Assembly (NCBI GenBank): GCA_041661795.1
Contig: JBAZTS010000005.1
Coordinates: 768 to 64,767 of the forward strand
Direction: 5' to 3'
Length of the DNA: 64,000 bases
DNA from: Minisyncoccota bacterium
Lineage (GTDB): Bacteria; Patescibacteriota; Minisyncoccia; UBA6257; JAGOQP01
Shown: piece after piece, positions 28,741-38,298 of the stretch
Position numbering within the stretch: the stretch's first letter is position 1
Layout: every line of letters starts with the position of its first letter
Position numbers and translations under genes: made by a program
The notes under the pieces: model-generated
What the model saw: only the letters and a program-made list of their open reading frames with translations
Told to the model about the DNA's origin: nothing
The model's database searches: none

Positions 28741-29178
28741 ATGAAGAAAAAATTGATTTACGCGATTATTCCGGTAGTTGGAGCTGGGTTTATTCTAGCA
28801 GGAGTCGCTTCGGCTCACGGGTTCTTTATGGGAGAAGTTAGCGCCGAAGAAATAGCTTCTCGCCAAAAAACAATGTTTGAACACCAGGCAAATATTTTGG
28901 GGGTTGGTGCAGACGTCATAAAAGAAGGATGGGCTCAGGGTAAAACCATTTTTGATATAGCTAAAGAAAATGGAATAACTGAAGCTCAGCTTCAGGAAAA
29001 AATGAAGATTCAGCGTCAAACTCAGATGACAGCCCATATTCAAGCGTTGGTTGATCAGGGAGTCATAACTCAAGATCAGGCCAATAAGCGTTTGGAATTC
29101 GATAAAAGCAATACTGGAAAGAAAGGGATGGGCATGACGGGAAAAAGTAGAGGAGGGTTTGGAATGATGGGGTTATAA
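28741..29178 (+). CDS. Small secreted protein with a Gly/Met-rich C-terminus
   Basis: Signal peptide MKKKLIYAIIPVVGAGFILAGVASA and C-terminal GMGMTGKSRGGFGMMGL. Confidence 0.5.
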   Translation: MKKKLIYAIIPVVGAGFILAGVASAHGFFMGEVSAEEIASRQKTMFEHQANILGVGADVIKEGWAQGKTIFDIAKENGITEAQLQEKMKIQRQTQMTAHIQALVDQGVITQDQANKRLEFDKSNTGKKGMGMTGKSRGGFGMMGL

Positions 29179-29198
29179 ATTAAATTTAAGCCAGTGAA

Positions 29199-29243
29199 GA
29201 TTTCAGGTGCCTTGCTTTCCAATCTTGAGCAGGCACCTGAAAT
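29199..29243 (+). terminator. 13-bp inverted repeat (atttcaggtgcct...aggcacctgaaat) with a ~19-nt loop and an AT-rich tail. Terminator or regulatory hairpin between the secreted-protein gene and the HlyD gene.
   Basis: A perfect 13-bp stem seen directly. It lies inside the N-terminal extension proposed by the ORF track for the next gene, which argues for the downstream Met start. Confidence 0.45.
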
Positions 29244-29257
29244 TTATATTTATAAAT

Positions 29258-31081
29258 ATGTCTGGTAAAATAAAAAAGTATTTAATCAACCCGTTTCTTG
29301 AAGTGGTTAAATATTCTTTAGGACACAAATTTGTTTCTATCGGATTTATTCTGATTTTAATAATTGGTGGTTATTTTATTATTCCGTCTGTTTTTGTTGG
29401 AAGTAGTAAAATTCAGTATGTTCTGGCCAAAGTTCAAAAAAACGACATTGTCATATCTATATCCGGCAGTGGTCAGATATCGGCATCCAATCAGATAGAT
29501 TTAAAATCTAAGGTTTCGGGAGACGTCCTATCGGTGTCAGTTAAACAAGGAGATATAGTTAAATCTGGACAGGTTATAGCCAGAATTGATTCCGGTGATG
29601 TGGAAAAAACAATTAGAGATGCTCAGATAAATTTGGAAAGCGCTAAAATTTCATTTGAAAAAATAAAACAACCGGCCGACAACCTTTCTATAATACAAGC
29701 CCAAAACTCTTTAACTCAAGCAAAACAGTCAAAACAAGATGCTGAAGACAACTTAATCAAGAGTTTCGATGACGGGTTTAATTCGGTGGCAAATTCCTTT
29801 TTAGATTTGCCGTCAATAGTGTCTGGATTGGAAGACATTATAAATGGCGACGACATTAACAGTAGTCAAGGAAACTTTTATGCCTATTACGATTCGATAA
29901 AAAACATCAAAACAGAGGCTCTTCAGTTTTTGAATTCAGCCATAGAAACATATCAAAAAGCCAGAACAATTTATGAAACAAACCTTCAAAATTACAAAAA
30001 TATTAGTCGTTACTCAGAAACAGCTCAAATAGAAGATTTAATAGAGGAGACATACCAAGCAACCAAGCTTATTGCAGAATCCATAAAAAATGTAAAAAAC
30101 TTTCTTGATTTGGTTGATGACACTCAAACATCTCAAAGCATGTCTTCAATTTTATCTTCTCATCAAAACAGCATTCAAGAGTTTACATCAACAACTAATT
30201 CTCATCTTGGAAGTTTGCTTAATATCCAAAATACTATTAAAGATAATCGGAATTCAATAGTTAATACTCAATACTCTATTGACGAAAAAATAGAATCACT
30301 AAAAAATCTCCAAGATGGACCAGACGATTTAGATGTTCAATCTCAGGAGCTTTCATTAATACAAAAGGAGAATTCTTTACAAGACGCCAAAGAAAAACTA
30401 TCGGACTACTATGTAAAATCTCCTTTCAATGGGATGGTCGCTCAGATAGATATTAAAAAAGGAGATAACGTTTCTTCGGCGACAAGTATAGCAACGGTCA
30501 TAACTACCGAAAAAATAGCCGAAATTTCTCTTAACGAAGTTGATATAGCTAAAGTTAAGGTTGGTCAGGAGGCAACCTTGGAATTTGACGCCATTCCCGA
30601 CTTAAAAGTTGTTGGAAAAGTAGCTGAGGTTGACGTAATCGGAACTGCTACTCAGGGAGTGGTTAGTTATGATGTTAAAATATCTTTTAATACTGACAAT
30701 ATTCAAGTCAAACCTGGAATGAGTGTTTCTGCTTCAATTATTATTGAGCAAAAAAAGGATGTTCTTTCTGTGCTTAATACAGCGATAAAATCTTTAGGAG
30801 GAGCAAGTTATGTTGAGTTTTTTGAAAATACATCTCCAAACTCCAATCAGAGAAATCAAACAATTGAAACAGATAATTTGCCTAAAAAACAAAAAGTTGA
30901 AGTTGGTATATCGGATGATTCTTTAACTGAGATAACTGGCGGATTAGAAGAGGGAAGTTGGATAGTGGCTCGTTCGGTGGTTTCTAATTCTTCTAATTCT
31001 ACTCAAACTACTCAATCTAGTGTAAATACTATTAGGGCTTCTGGTGGTGGAGGTGTGGGAGGATTTATGATTCCAAGATAA
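29258..31081 (+). CDS. HlyD/MacA-type periplasmic adaptor (membrane fusion protein) with a long coiled-coil
   Basis: N-terminal TM anchor, biotinyl/lipoyl-like hairpin motifs (VSGDVLSVSVKQGDIVKSGQVIARID; SPFNGMVAQIDIKKGDNV), a long heptad-rich middle and a C-terminal beta-barrel region. Followed by ABC ATPase and FtsX permease genes. Confidence 0.75.
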   Translation: MSGKIKKYLINPFLEVVKYSLGHKFVSIGFILILIIGGYFIIPSVFVGSSKIQYVLAKVQKNDIVISISGSGQISASNQIDLKSKVSGDVLSVSVKQGDIVKSGQVIARIDSGDVEKTIRDAQINLESAKISFEKIKQPADNLSIIQAQNSLTQAKQSKQDAEDNLIKSFDDGFNSVANSFLDLPSIVSGLEDIINGDDINSSQGNFYAYYDSIKNIKTEALQFLNSAIETYQKARTIYETNLQNYKNISRYSETAQIEDLIEETYQATKLIAESIKNVKNFLDLVDDTQTSQSMSSILSSHQNSIQEFTSTTNSHLGSLLNIQNTIKDNRNSIVNTQYSIDEKIESLKNLQDGPDDLDVQSQELSLIQKENSLQDAKEKLSDYYVKSPFNGMVAQIDIKKGDNVSSATSIATVITTEKIAEISLNEVDIAKVKVGQEATLEFDAIPDLKVVGKVAEVDVIGTATQGVVSYDVKISFNTDNIQVKPGMSVSASIIIEQKKDVLSVLNTAIKSLGGASYVEFFENTSPNSNQRNQTIETDNLPKKQKVEVGISDDSLTEITGGLEEGSWIVARSVVSNSSNSTQTTQSSVNTIRASGGGGVGGFMIPR

Positions 31082-31085
31082 AAAC

Positions 31086-31802
31086 ATGATAGATTGTGAA
31101 AATATAACTAAGGTCTATATTAATGGTGGCATCGAGACGGCCGTACTGAAAAATATCTCATTTAAAATAAAAGAGGGAGAGTTTGTGGCGATTATGGGTC
31201 CTTCTGGATCTGGTAAATCAACTCTAATGCATATAATAGGAGCTTTGGACGTGCCCACTTCAGGAGTGTATAAATTAAATAGTCACGACGTTTCCAAGTT
31301 GTCCGACGATCAACTGGCAGAGATTAGAAATAAAAAAATAGGGTTTGTTTTTCAATCATTTAATCTTCTTTCTCGAGCGACTGTTTTGAAAAATGTAATG
31401 CTCCCTTTAATTTATTCCGATATTTCGGCATCTGAAAGAGATCAAAGAGTTGAAAAATCTTTAGAATCAGCTGGACTTCCTAAAGAAAGATGGGGCCATC
31501 TTTCTAACCAACTCTCTGGAGGTCAGATGCAAAGGGTGGCTATCGCTAGAGCTTTAGTAAATACCCCCTCAATTATATTAGCCGATGAACCAACTGGAAA
31601 TCTTGATACTAAAACCGGAGAGATAGTTTTGAAAACATTTCAGGAACTTAATGACGATCACGGACACACGATCGTTTTAATAACTCACGAGCTTTATGTT
31701 GCTCAGCATGCCGATAGAATTATTCATATTCAAGACGGATCGATTATTGAGGATAAAAAAAATGAAAGGAAGAGAGTTATTAATAGCAGTAATTTATTAT
31801 GA
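31086..31802 (+). CDS. ABC transporter ATP-binding protein, MacB/LolD family
   Basis: Walker A GPSGSGKSTL, signature LSGGQMQRVAIARAL, Walker B ILADEPTGNLD. Confidence 0.9.
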   Translation: MIDCENITKVYINGGIETAVLKNISFKIKEGEFVAIMGPSGSGKSTLMHIIGALDVPTSGVYKLNSHDVSKLSDDQLAEIRNKKIGFVFQSFNLLSRATVLKNVMLPLIYSDISASERDQRVEKSLESAGLPKERWGHLSNQLSGGQMQRVAIARALVNTPSIILADEPTGNLDTKTGEIVLKTFQELNDDHGHTIVLITHELYVAQHADRIIHIQDGSIIEDKKNERKRVINSSNLL

Positions 31803-33022
31803 GACTTACTGATTTACTTGAAGAAACACATTTTTCTTTGACTACCAATAAAGTTAGGTCTGGACTAACTATGCTTGGAATTGTAATCGGAATTGCTTCG
31901 GTTATTGCTATGGTATCCATAGGTCAGGGTGCTCAAGAATCAATCGAGTCCAATATTCAGTCAATCGGATCAAATTTATTAATGATAAGCCCGGGGGCTC
32001 AAAAAGGAGCTGGGGTTCAGGTAAGTTCCGGGAGAGGTTCGGCTCAAACCTTGACACAGGAAGATGCCCAAGCCATAAAAGAAGAAGTCTATTATGTTAA
32101 ATCTATGGCTCCAGAAATTTCCAAACGTTATCAAGTGACGGCCAAAGGAACAAATACGAATACACAGATTATTGGAACTACCGACTCCTATTTAAATGTA
32201 AGGAATATAGAAATTGATCAGGGGTCTTTTATAACTAATAGCAATGTTATTGGTTATAAAAGAGTGGCAGTTATTGGACCGGATGTTCTCATTGATCTTT
32301 TTGGAGATGGGTCTTTTCCGATTGGACAAACAATTAGAATCAATAAAGTTGATTTTAAAATTATTGGAATAACTAAAGAAAAAGGGGGGAGTGGATTTTC
32401 CAATCAAGACGACATGATTTTTATTCCAATCTCAACTGCCCAAAGATTTCTTTCAGGAGATGACTATTTAACATCGATAAGTGTTCAAGCGCTTGACCAG
32501 GAATCAATGACTTTAGCGCAAGAAGAAATAACCAATTTACTTTTAGCTAGACATAATATTAATGATTCGGCTCTATCTGATTTCAGCGTCTTGAATCAAG
32601 CCGATCTAGTGGAAACAGCTTCTTCAGTAACGGACACCTTCACTATTCTTTTGGGAGCTATTGCCGGAATATCGCTTTTAGTTGGAGGAATTGGGATTAT
32701 GAATATGATGTTAACAACCGTAACAGAGAGGACGAGAGAAATAGGATTGCGTAAAGCAATTGGAGCTAAAAGAAAAGATATTACTTATCAATTTTTAACA
32801 GAATCGGTAACTCTAACTTTTCTTGGTGGTTTTTTCGGAATTTTATTGGGATGGGGAAGTTCTTATTTGATAACCCAACTTTCTAATATGGCTACCAAAG
32901 TTTCCATATCGTCCGTTTTATTAGCTTTTCTTGTTTCTGCAAGTATCGGGATAATATTCGGATATTATCCTGCTAAGAGAGCTTCCAAATTAAATCCCAT
33001 AGAGGCACTAAGATACGAATAA
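31799..33022 (+). CDS. ABC transporter permease, FtsX/MacB-type with an N-terminal periplasmic domain
   Basis: One TM helix, a ~220-aa periplasmic domain, then a 3-TM FtsX domain. Overlaps the ATPase gene by 4 nt. Confidence 0.85.
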   Translation: MRLTDLLEETHFSLTTNKVRSGLTMLGIVIGIASVIAMVSIGQGAQESIESNIQSIGSNLLMISPGAQKGAGVQVSSGRGSAQTLTQEDAQAIKEEVYYVKSMAPEISKRYQVTAKGTNTNTQIIGTTDSYLNVRNIEIDQGSFITNSNVIGYKRVAVIGPDVLIDLFGDGSFPIGQTIRINKVDFKIIGITKEKGGSGFSNQDDMIFIPISTAQRFLSGDDYLTSISVQALDQESMTLAQEEITNLLLARHNINDSALSDFSVLNQADLVETASSVTDTFTILLGAIAGISLLVGGIGIMNMMLTTVTERTREIGLRKAIGAKRKDITYQFLTESVTLTFLGGFFGILLGWGSSYLITQLSNMATKVSISSVLLAFLVSASIGIIFGYYPAKRASKLNPIEALRYE

Positions 33023-33026
33023 AAAT

Positions 33027-34370
33027 GTGTTACAATTATTCCGTTGTATGAAAAAATATCTTATCTACGGAATATTTTTGGTAAATATTTTTATAATTCT
33101 TTTTTTCTGGTGGCAATCATCTCACTCTTTGTTTGGCTTTGGAAATTATGGCATTCTAACGGCCCTTGGAAGAATTTCGGGACTTTTGGCTGTTTTTTTT
33201 GTTCTTATTCAATTTGTTTTAATAGGAAGAAGTATTTGGATAGAACGAATTTTTGGATTGGATAAACTGACCAGAGTTCATCATTTAAACAGTTTTCTTT
33301 CAATATTCTTTATAATCTTCCATCCAATTTTGGTGACTTTGGGGTACGGCGTTGCCAATCAAAAGAGTTTTTTAGGACAGATGTCTGATTTTATATTTAA
33401 TTATGAGAATGTTTTTGGGGCTTTTATTGGTCTGCTTATTTTTATTGGTATCGTTATTGTTTCTTTGTCCATTGTTAGATTAAAATTTAAATACGAATCC
33501 TGGTATTACGTCCATATTTTCACTTACCTTGCTATCTTGCTGGCTTTTGGACACCAAATGGAAATCGGTGGAGATTTTTTGAACAGCGACATGTTCGGGT
33601 ACTACTGGTCTCTTTTATATCTAGTCGTTTTTGGGAACTTGATTGTTTTTAGATTTTTAAGACCCGTTTTTCTTCTTTATAGACATCGTTTCTATATTTC
33701 TAAAGTGGAAAAAGAAAACCCTTTTGTTGTCTCAATTTATATTTCCGGAAAAAATATGGATAAATTTCATGCTTTGCCGGGGCAATTTATCATTGTCAGA
33801 TTTCTTAATAAAAAATTTATTTGGCAGGCGCATCCATTTTCTATTTCAAACGTAGTTGAAGAAAATCAAATTCGCATCACGGTGAAAAACAGCGGTGACT
33901 TTACTTCAGAAATTCAAAACATATTACCTAACACTTTTGTTTTAATAGACGGGCCTTACGGAATATTTACGGAAAAAGCGGCTAATTTGAAAAAGTTTTT
34001 GTTTATAGCTGGAGGAATTGGTATTACTCCCATAAGAGCCATGATTGAAGGACTAACTCAAAAAAATGCTGACATAGTTTTAATTTATGGAGCTAAAAAA
34101 GAAAACGAATTTGTTTTTAAAAAAGAGCTTGAAGAATTATCTGGGAAAAATGATTTTCCCATCCATTATGTTGTTAGTGACGACTCAAGTTTTGTCGGGT
34201 TAAAGGGTCAAGTAACCGAGGCGATGGTGGAAAAACTCGTGCCCGATTTCAAAGAAAGAGAAGTTTATATCTGCGGTCCTACCCCTATGATGATTGGGTT
34301 AAAAAAATCTCTTACTCTGGCTGGGACAAATGAGAAAAATATACATTTTGAAATATTCTCACTTTACTGA
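33027..34370 (+). CDS. Ferric reductase/NADPH-oxidase-like (FRD superfamily) flavocytochrome: 6-TM di-heme domain plus FAD- and NAD-binding domains
   Basis: Paired His in TM helices (HHLNSFLSIFFIIFHPIL; HIFTYLAILLAFGHQ), FAD motif QAHPFSIS, NAD motif FIAGGIGITP, C-terminal YICGPTPM. Confidence 0.75.
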   Translation: MLQLFRCMKKYLIYGIFLVNIFIILFFWWQSSHSLFGFGNYGILTALGRISGLLAVFFVLIQFVLIGRSIWIERIFGLDKLTRVHHLNSFLSIFFIIFHPILVTLGYGVANQKSFLGQMSDFIFNYENVFGAFIGLLIFIGIVIVSLSIVRLKFKYESWYYVHIFTYLAILLAFGHQMEIGGDFLNSDMFGYYWSLLYLVVFGNLIVFRFLRPVFLLYRHRFYISKVEKENPFVVSIYISGKNMDKFHALPGQFIIVRFLNKKFIWQAHPFSISNVVEENQIRITVKNSGDFTSEIQNILPNTFVLIDGPYGIFTEKAANLKKFLFIAGGIGITPIRAMIEGLTQKNADIVLIYGAKKENEFVFKKELEELSGKNDFPIHYVVSDDSSFVGLKGQVTEAMVEKLVPDFKEREVYICGPTPMMIGLKKSLTLAGTNEKNIHFEIFSLY

Positions 34371-34404
34371 TTGTAAATTATTTAATAGGTAGTAAAATCA
34401 ATAT

Positions 34405-34836
34405 ATGGAAAATAGAAACTTTAGCTCTGAAGAAATAAGAACCTTACGAAGATCGGTCAGAAACATAAACGTTGAACACAAAGAGAATCTCTCTCGTCTT
34501 GAGATGGCGGCAGTGGTGGTAACTCAAAAAGTGGGTAGTGTCGGTTTTTTTGTGATTATCGCTCTTTGGAGTGCTGTCTGGATTTTGTGGAATATCTTTG
34601 CCCCGGCTAATTTAAGATTTGATCCATATCCGGCTTTTGAGTTGTGGCTGTTTATCGCCAACATTATTCAGTTGGCTCTTTTGCCTCTTTTAATGGTCGG
34701 CCAAAACCTTTTAGCTCGCCATGCCCAAGCTCGAGCCGATGCCGATTTTGATTTAAATAAAATCTCCGAAAAAGAAATCAGTTTTATATTGGAAAAATTA
34801 GATGAAATAAGCAGGAAGTTAGGTGATAAGAATTAG
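34405..34836 (+). CDS. DUF1003-family membrane protein
   Basis: Two TM helices with conserved DPYPAFELWLFIANIIQLALLPLLMVGQNLLARHAQARADADFDLN. Confidence 0.6.
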   Translation: MENRNFSSEEIRTLRRSVRNINVEHKENLSRLEMAAVVVTQKVGSVGFFVIIALWSAVWILWNIFAPANLRFDPYPAFELWLFIANIIQLALLPLLMVGQNLLARHAQARADADFDLNKISEKEISFILEKLDEISRKLGDKN

Positions 34837-34910
34837 AGAATATCGTATAGCGTATACCGAATACCGGATGCGAAATACAGTATACAGAATACGGTTGCCA
34901 GTATACGATA

Positions 34911-35618
34911 CTATGCCTTGGCTACCACCAGTCCGATAATTTTTCTTGCGCCGTTTTCTTTTAGAATCTTAGAGGCCTCTTTTAGAGTTGCTCCCGAAGT
35001 GGAAATGTCGTCTATAAGTATAAAACTTTTTCCTTTTACGTTTTCTGGATTAATCGCCAGAAAAGAATTTGAAATATTCTCTGCTCTCTTTTGGTTATTT
35101 TTGATTTGGGCTTGGGACTTTGTGTTTTTTATTCTTTTTAGTGTCTTTACAAGGGGAATATTAAAATACTGGCAAAAAATTTTGGCTATTTCCTCGGATT
35201 GATTAAACCCTCTTTTTCTCTCCTTATGAAAATGTAGAGGAATAAATGTTGTCAAAAAAGAACTTGTATCCAGTTGAGATTTTTTTATGTAGGTTATTAA
35301 AATAACCGAAAGAATTTTTGATATCTTTTCAAGTCGCCTGTATTTGAAGTTATGAACAAGCGAGGGTAGGGGAGATTTATAAAATGTGGCTGGAGCAAGA
35401 ACATAGTGATCTTTGCCGTGGCAAATATTTTGGGGGTCTGGCCTTCTTGCAAGGCATGTTGGGCAGTAGAATCCGTCATTTATTTGAATCATTGAAAAAC
35501 AATTATCACATAAAAAATTATCCTGGTTTTCTATGTTTCTTTTGCAATTGACACAAATAGGAGGGAAAAGAATATCCAAGATTAACTTATAACTTTTAAT
35601 CAATGGTCTCTTAAACAT
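34911..35618 (-). CDS. comFC: ComF family competence protein (ComFC), a phosphoribosyltransferase-domain DNA-uptake protein
   Basis: N-terminal double zinc ribbon (CVNCKR...CDNCF...CPTC) and C-terminal PRTase motif SFILIDDISTSGATLKEA. Confidence 0.8.
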   Translation of the reverse strand: MFKRPLIKSYKLILDILFPPICVNCKRNIENQDNFLCDNCFSMIQINDGFYCPTCLARRPDPQNICHGKDHYVLAPATFYKSPLPSLVHNFKYRRLEKISKILSVILITYIKKSQLDTSSFLTTFIPLHFHKERKRGFNQSEEIAKIFCQYFNIPLVKTLKRIKNTKSQAQIKNNQKRAENISNSFLAINPENVKGKSFILIDDISTSGATLKEASKILKENGARKIIGLVVAKA

Positions 35619-35678
35619 AAGCCAATTTTAATGTATAATTACATTATAAAATAGCTAAGTGCCGATTACTAATTACTA

Positions 35679-36767
35679 ATGTTTGATTTTATTAAAAATA
35701 TTTTTTCTGGAAATAAATCGTATGTAGGGGTGGATATAGGCACTACCTCTATTAAAGCCGTTGAGCTTTCTCTTAAAGGCCAAATTCCGTATTTAAACAA
35801 TTATGCCATTTTGGAAAGTTTTGGTCATTTCGAAAGAGCTAATAATGTTATTCAAGCCAATGCCGTCAAGATTTCGGAAAAAGAAACAGTTGCTATGTTA
35901 AAGATTTTATTTAAAAGTGGTGGATTTAAAACCAGATCGGTTATTGCTTCTGTTCCACAATTTTCTTCTTATATTTCTTTAATTGAGCTTCCTGATATGT
36001 CAGAAGAGGAAACCCAAAAAACGATGGTTTTTCAGATAAAACAAAATATTCCTTTGCCCTTGTCGGACATTGCTATTGATTGGATAAGAGTGGGTCAGAG
36101 AAAAGATGAGAACGGATTTGTTAAACAACAAGTCCTTTTAGTGGCTATTCCCAACGAAACTATCGCCAGATTTAAATCCATCTTTAAAAGCGCTGGATTA
36201 AATCTTCGGGCCTTGGAAGTGGAAAATCTTTCTTATGTAAGATCGGTTATCGGCAGTGATCAAACGCCAACTATAATTGTTGATATAGGAGCTCGTTCCA
36301 CGGGTATTAGTGTAGTAGAGCAGGGATTTTTAAAAGGCGTCACTCAGGTAGATTACGCCGGGGATTCTTTAACGTCGGCTATTGTTAAGGGTCTTGGCAT
36401 CAGCTATAAAAGAGCCGAGGAATTAAAAAAACAAAGAGGAATCACTGGGGGAGTAGGTGAATATGAGTTATCCACATTGGAAATACCATTTATTGATGTT
36501 ATAATAAACGAAGTCAAGAAAGTCAAAGCCAAATTTGAAGGCGAGTTTGGAGTGAATATTCAGAGAGTGATACTCATAGGTGGAGGAGCTAATTTGGTGG
36601 GAATAGAAGAATATTTTTCTGGTAAGTTTGATGTGCCGGTAGTTTTGGGGAACGGACTTTTGTATATTGAAGCTCCCTCAAGAATAAATGTAGTGGGAAA
36701 GGAAATTCAAACAAGATTTGCCGGAGCAATAGGGCTGGCAATAAAAGGATTTATGCAGTCCAACTAA
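35679..36767 (+). CDS. pilM: Type IV pilus assembly protein PilM (actin-like ATPase fold)
   Basis: YVGVDIGTTSIKAVEL N-terminus, actin-fold motifs, IVDIGARSTGISVVEQG. Confidence 0.85.
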   Translation: MFDFIKNIFSGNKSYVGVDIGTTSIKAVELSLKGQIPYLNNYAILESFGHFERANNVIQANAVKISEKETVAMLKILFKSGGFKTRSVIASVPQFSSYISLIELPDMSEEETQKTMVFQIKQNIPLPLSDIAIDWIRVGQRKDENGFVKQQVLLVAIPNETIARFKSIFKSAGLNLRALEVENLSYVRSVIGSDQTPTIIVDIGARSTGISVVEQGFLKGVTQVDYAGDSLTSAIVKGLGISYKRAEELKKQRGITGGVGEYELSTLEIPFIDVIINEVKKVKAKFEGEFGVNIQRVILIGGGANLVGIEEYFSGKFDVPVVLGNGLLYIEAPSRINVVGKEIQTRFAGAIGLAIKGFMQSN

Positions 36768-36775
36768 AAAAATAT

Positions 36776-37348
36776 ATGGCAGATTTCAATTTTGGAGCAA
36801 AAACAGTTCAAAAACAAAAAGAATCACCTTATTCTTCGGTGGGTTTTCCTTGGAGAATATTTGTTATAACTTTAGTTATATTCGTTTTGTCTTTGGTTAT
36901 TTATGCCGGAATGGATCTTGGATACAAACCATATTTAGAATCGCAATTATCTAAAGTTGATTCGGATTTTGATGCGCTTTCTGAAACTTTTAATGAGCAA
37001 CAACAAAAAGACCTTCTTAATCTTTATTCGCAACTTTATAATATAAAAAACATTTCCTTATCTCATCCTTATATTTCACAAATATTTAATTTACTGGAGT
37101 CATCTTTGTATCCAACCGTTAAATTAACCAATCTTCAAGCAAGCGTATCTTCGTACGAAGTGAGGGTTGAGGGAATTACGGTTGATTTTGATACTTTGGC
37201 TAATCAATTAGCCGCTTTAAAATCTCACGATAAAATTTCCAGTGTTTCCTTGGATACCTCCAGAAAGATGGAGCAAAAAGAAGGAGGAGGAGTTTTCTTT
37301 TCTATAAAAATAATTTTGGAAAAATCATTCTTTAATCAACCTTCTTAA
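36776..37348 (+). CDS. pilN: PilN-like type IV pilus assembly protein
   Basis: Short cytoplasmic N-terminus, a single TM helix, then a coiled-coil/periplasmic domain. Position directly after pilM. Confidence 0.6.
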   Translation: MADFNFGAKTVQKQKESPYSSVGFPWRIFVITLVIFVLSLVIYAGMDLGYKPYLESQLSKVDSDFDALSETFNEQQQKDLLNLYSQLYNIKNISLSHPYISQIFNLLESSLYPTVKLTNLQASVSSYEVRVEGITVDFDTLANQLAALKSHDKISSVSLDTSRKMEQKEGGGVFFSIKIILEKSFFNQPS

Positions 37349-37356
37349 ATAAAAAA

Positions 37357-37917
37357 ATGAAATCATCTTCAAAAAGAATAACCTTTATAGTAATTTCTCT
37401 AATACTGCTTTTAATGTCGGCTATGGTCTACTCTTCTTTAATTAGAAAATCCTATGGTGACGTGAAAGAGTCAATGTCTCAATTGTCGGCCAAAAGAGAT
37501 TCTCTAAATAAATATCAAACAACATTAAATCAGGTGAAGAGTTTACTTGATAGTTTGGAAAGTAACGCCGATATACAAAAAAAGGTTTCTCTGATGCTTC
37601 CTAAAGATAAAGACGTGGGATATCTGGCTAATCAGATAATTGGACTTTCAAAAATAAACGGTCTTAATTTAGAATCTCTCTCAACTCAAGTAGCTCCAAC
37701 TCAGCCGTCTAATTCAGCCATCATAAAAAATGTGGGAAAACTCAGAGGCGAGGTGAGATTATCGGGAAGTTATGCCGGGTTCAAATCATTTTTAAAACAA
37801 ATTGAAAGTAATATTTTAATTCTTGATGTGAGCGAATTTCGCATAGAAGGATCTTCTAAAAGCGACGCTCCGTTAAAATACACACTTTCGGTATCAAGTT
37901 ATTATCAATCCGATTAG
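37357..37917 (+). CDS. pilO: PilO-like type IV pilus assembly protein
   Basis: Single N-terminal TM helix, coiled-coil and C-terminal domain. Position after pilN. Confidence 0.55.
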   Translation: MKSSSKRITFIVISLILLLMSAMVYSSLIRKSYGDVKESMSQLSAKRDSLNKYQTTLNQVKSLLDSLESNADIQKKVSLMLPKDKDVGYLANQIIGLSKINGLNLESLSTQVAPTQPSNSAIIKNVGKLRGEVRLSGSYAGFKSFLKQIESNILILDVSEFRIEGSSKSDAPLKYTLSVSSYYQSD

Positions 37918-37996
37918 TTAGTAGTTTGTATTCGGTAGTTGGTATATGGAGAGACGATGCCATATACTAAATACCATATACTAAATACCAATCAAT

Positions 37997-38293
37997 ATGG
38001 CCATTTATATACAAGAAGAAAAAGAAGGAGGGAAAAGTTGGTTGAGTTTTGGAGTTATATTTGTGATTTTAGTGATACTTGGAATCGCTTCCTATTATTT
38101 ATTTTTTGTTAAACCGGATTTAATCAGTGGAATAGTAATCCCGGTTAAACTAAAGTCCATAGATGACCTTGCCAAAATGAATTTTAATCCTCAGGACATA
38201 GTTTCCAATCAGTTTTTCAAAATATCCAAACAGTATATTTCTCCTCCGACTCCGATTCCCGGAGGCAACATTTCTCCCTTTGGAGTGTTTTAA
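37997..38293 (+). CDS. Small membrane-anchored protein in the pilus locus, possibly a PilP-like component
   Basis: 98 aa with one TM helix, located between pilO and pilB. No recognisable motifs. Confidence 0.35.
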   Translation: MAIYIQEEKEGGKSWLSFGVIFVILVILGIASYYLFFVKPDLISGIVIPVKLKSIDDLAKMNFNPQDIVSNQFFKISKQYISPPTPIPGGNISPFGVF

Positions 38294-38298
38294 AGTTT

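Noticed and set aside
29207-29257. Upstream start (MPCFPILSRHLKFIFIN...) proposed by the ORF track for the HlyD gene
   Set aside because: That extension is encoded by a 13-bp inverted-repeat hairpin. The downstream Met at 29258 gives a typical adaptor N-terminus.
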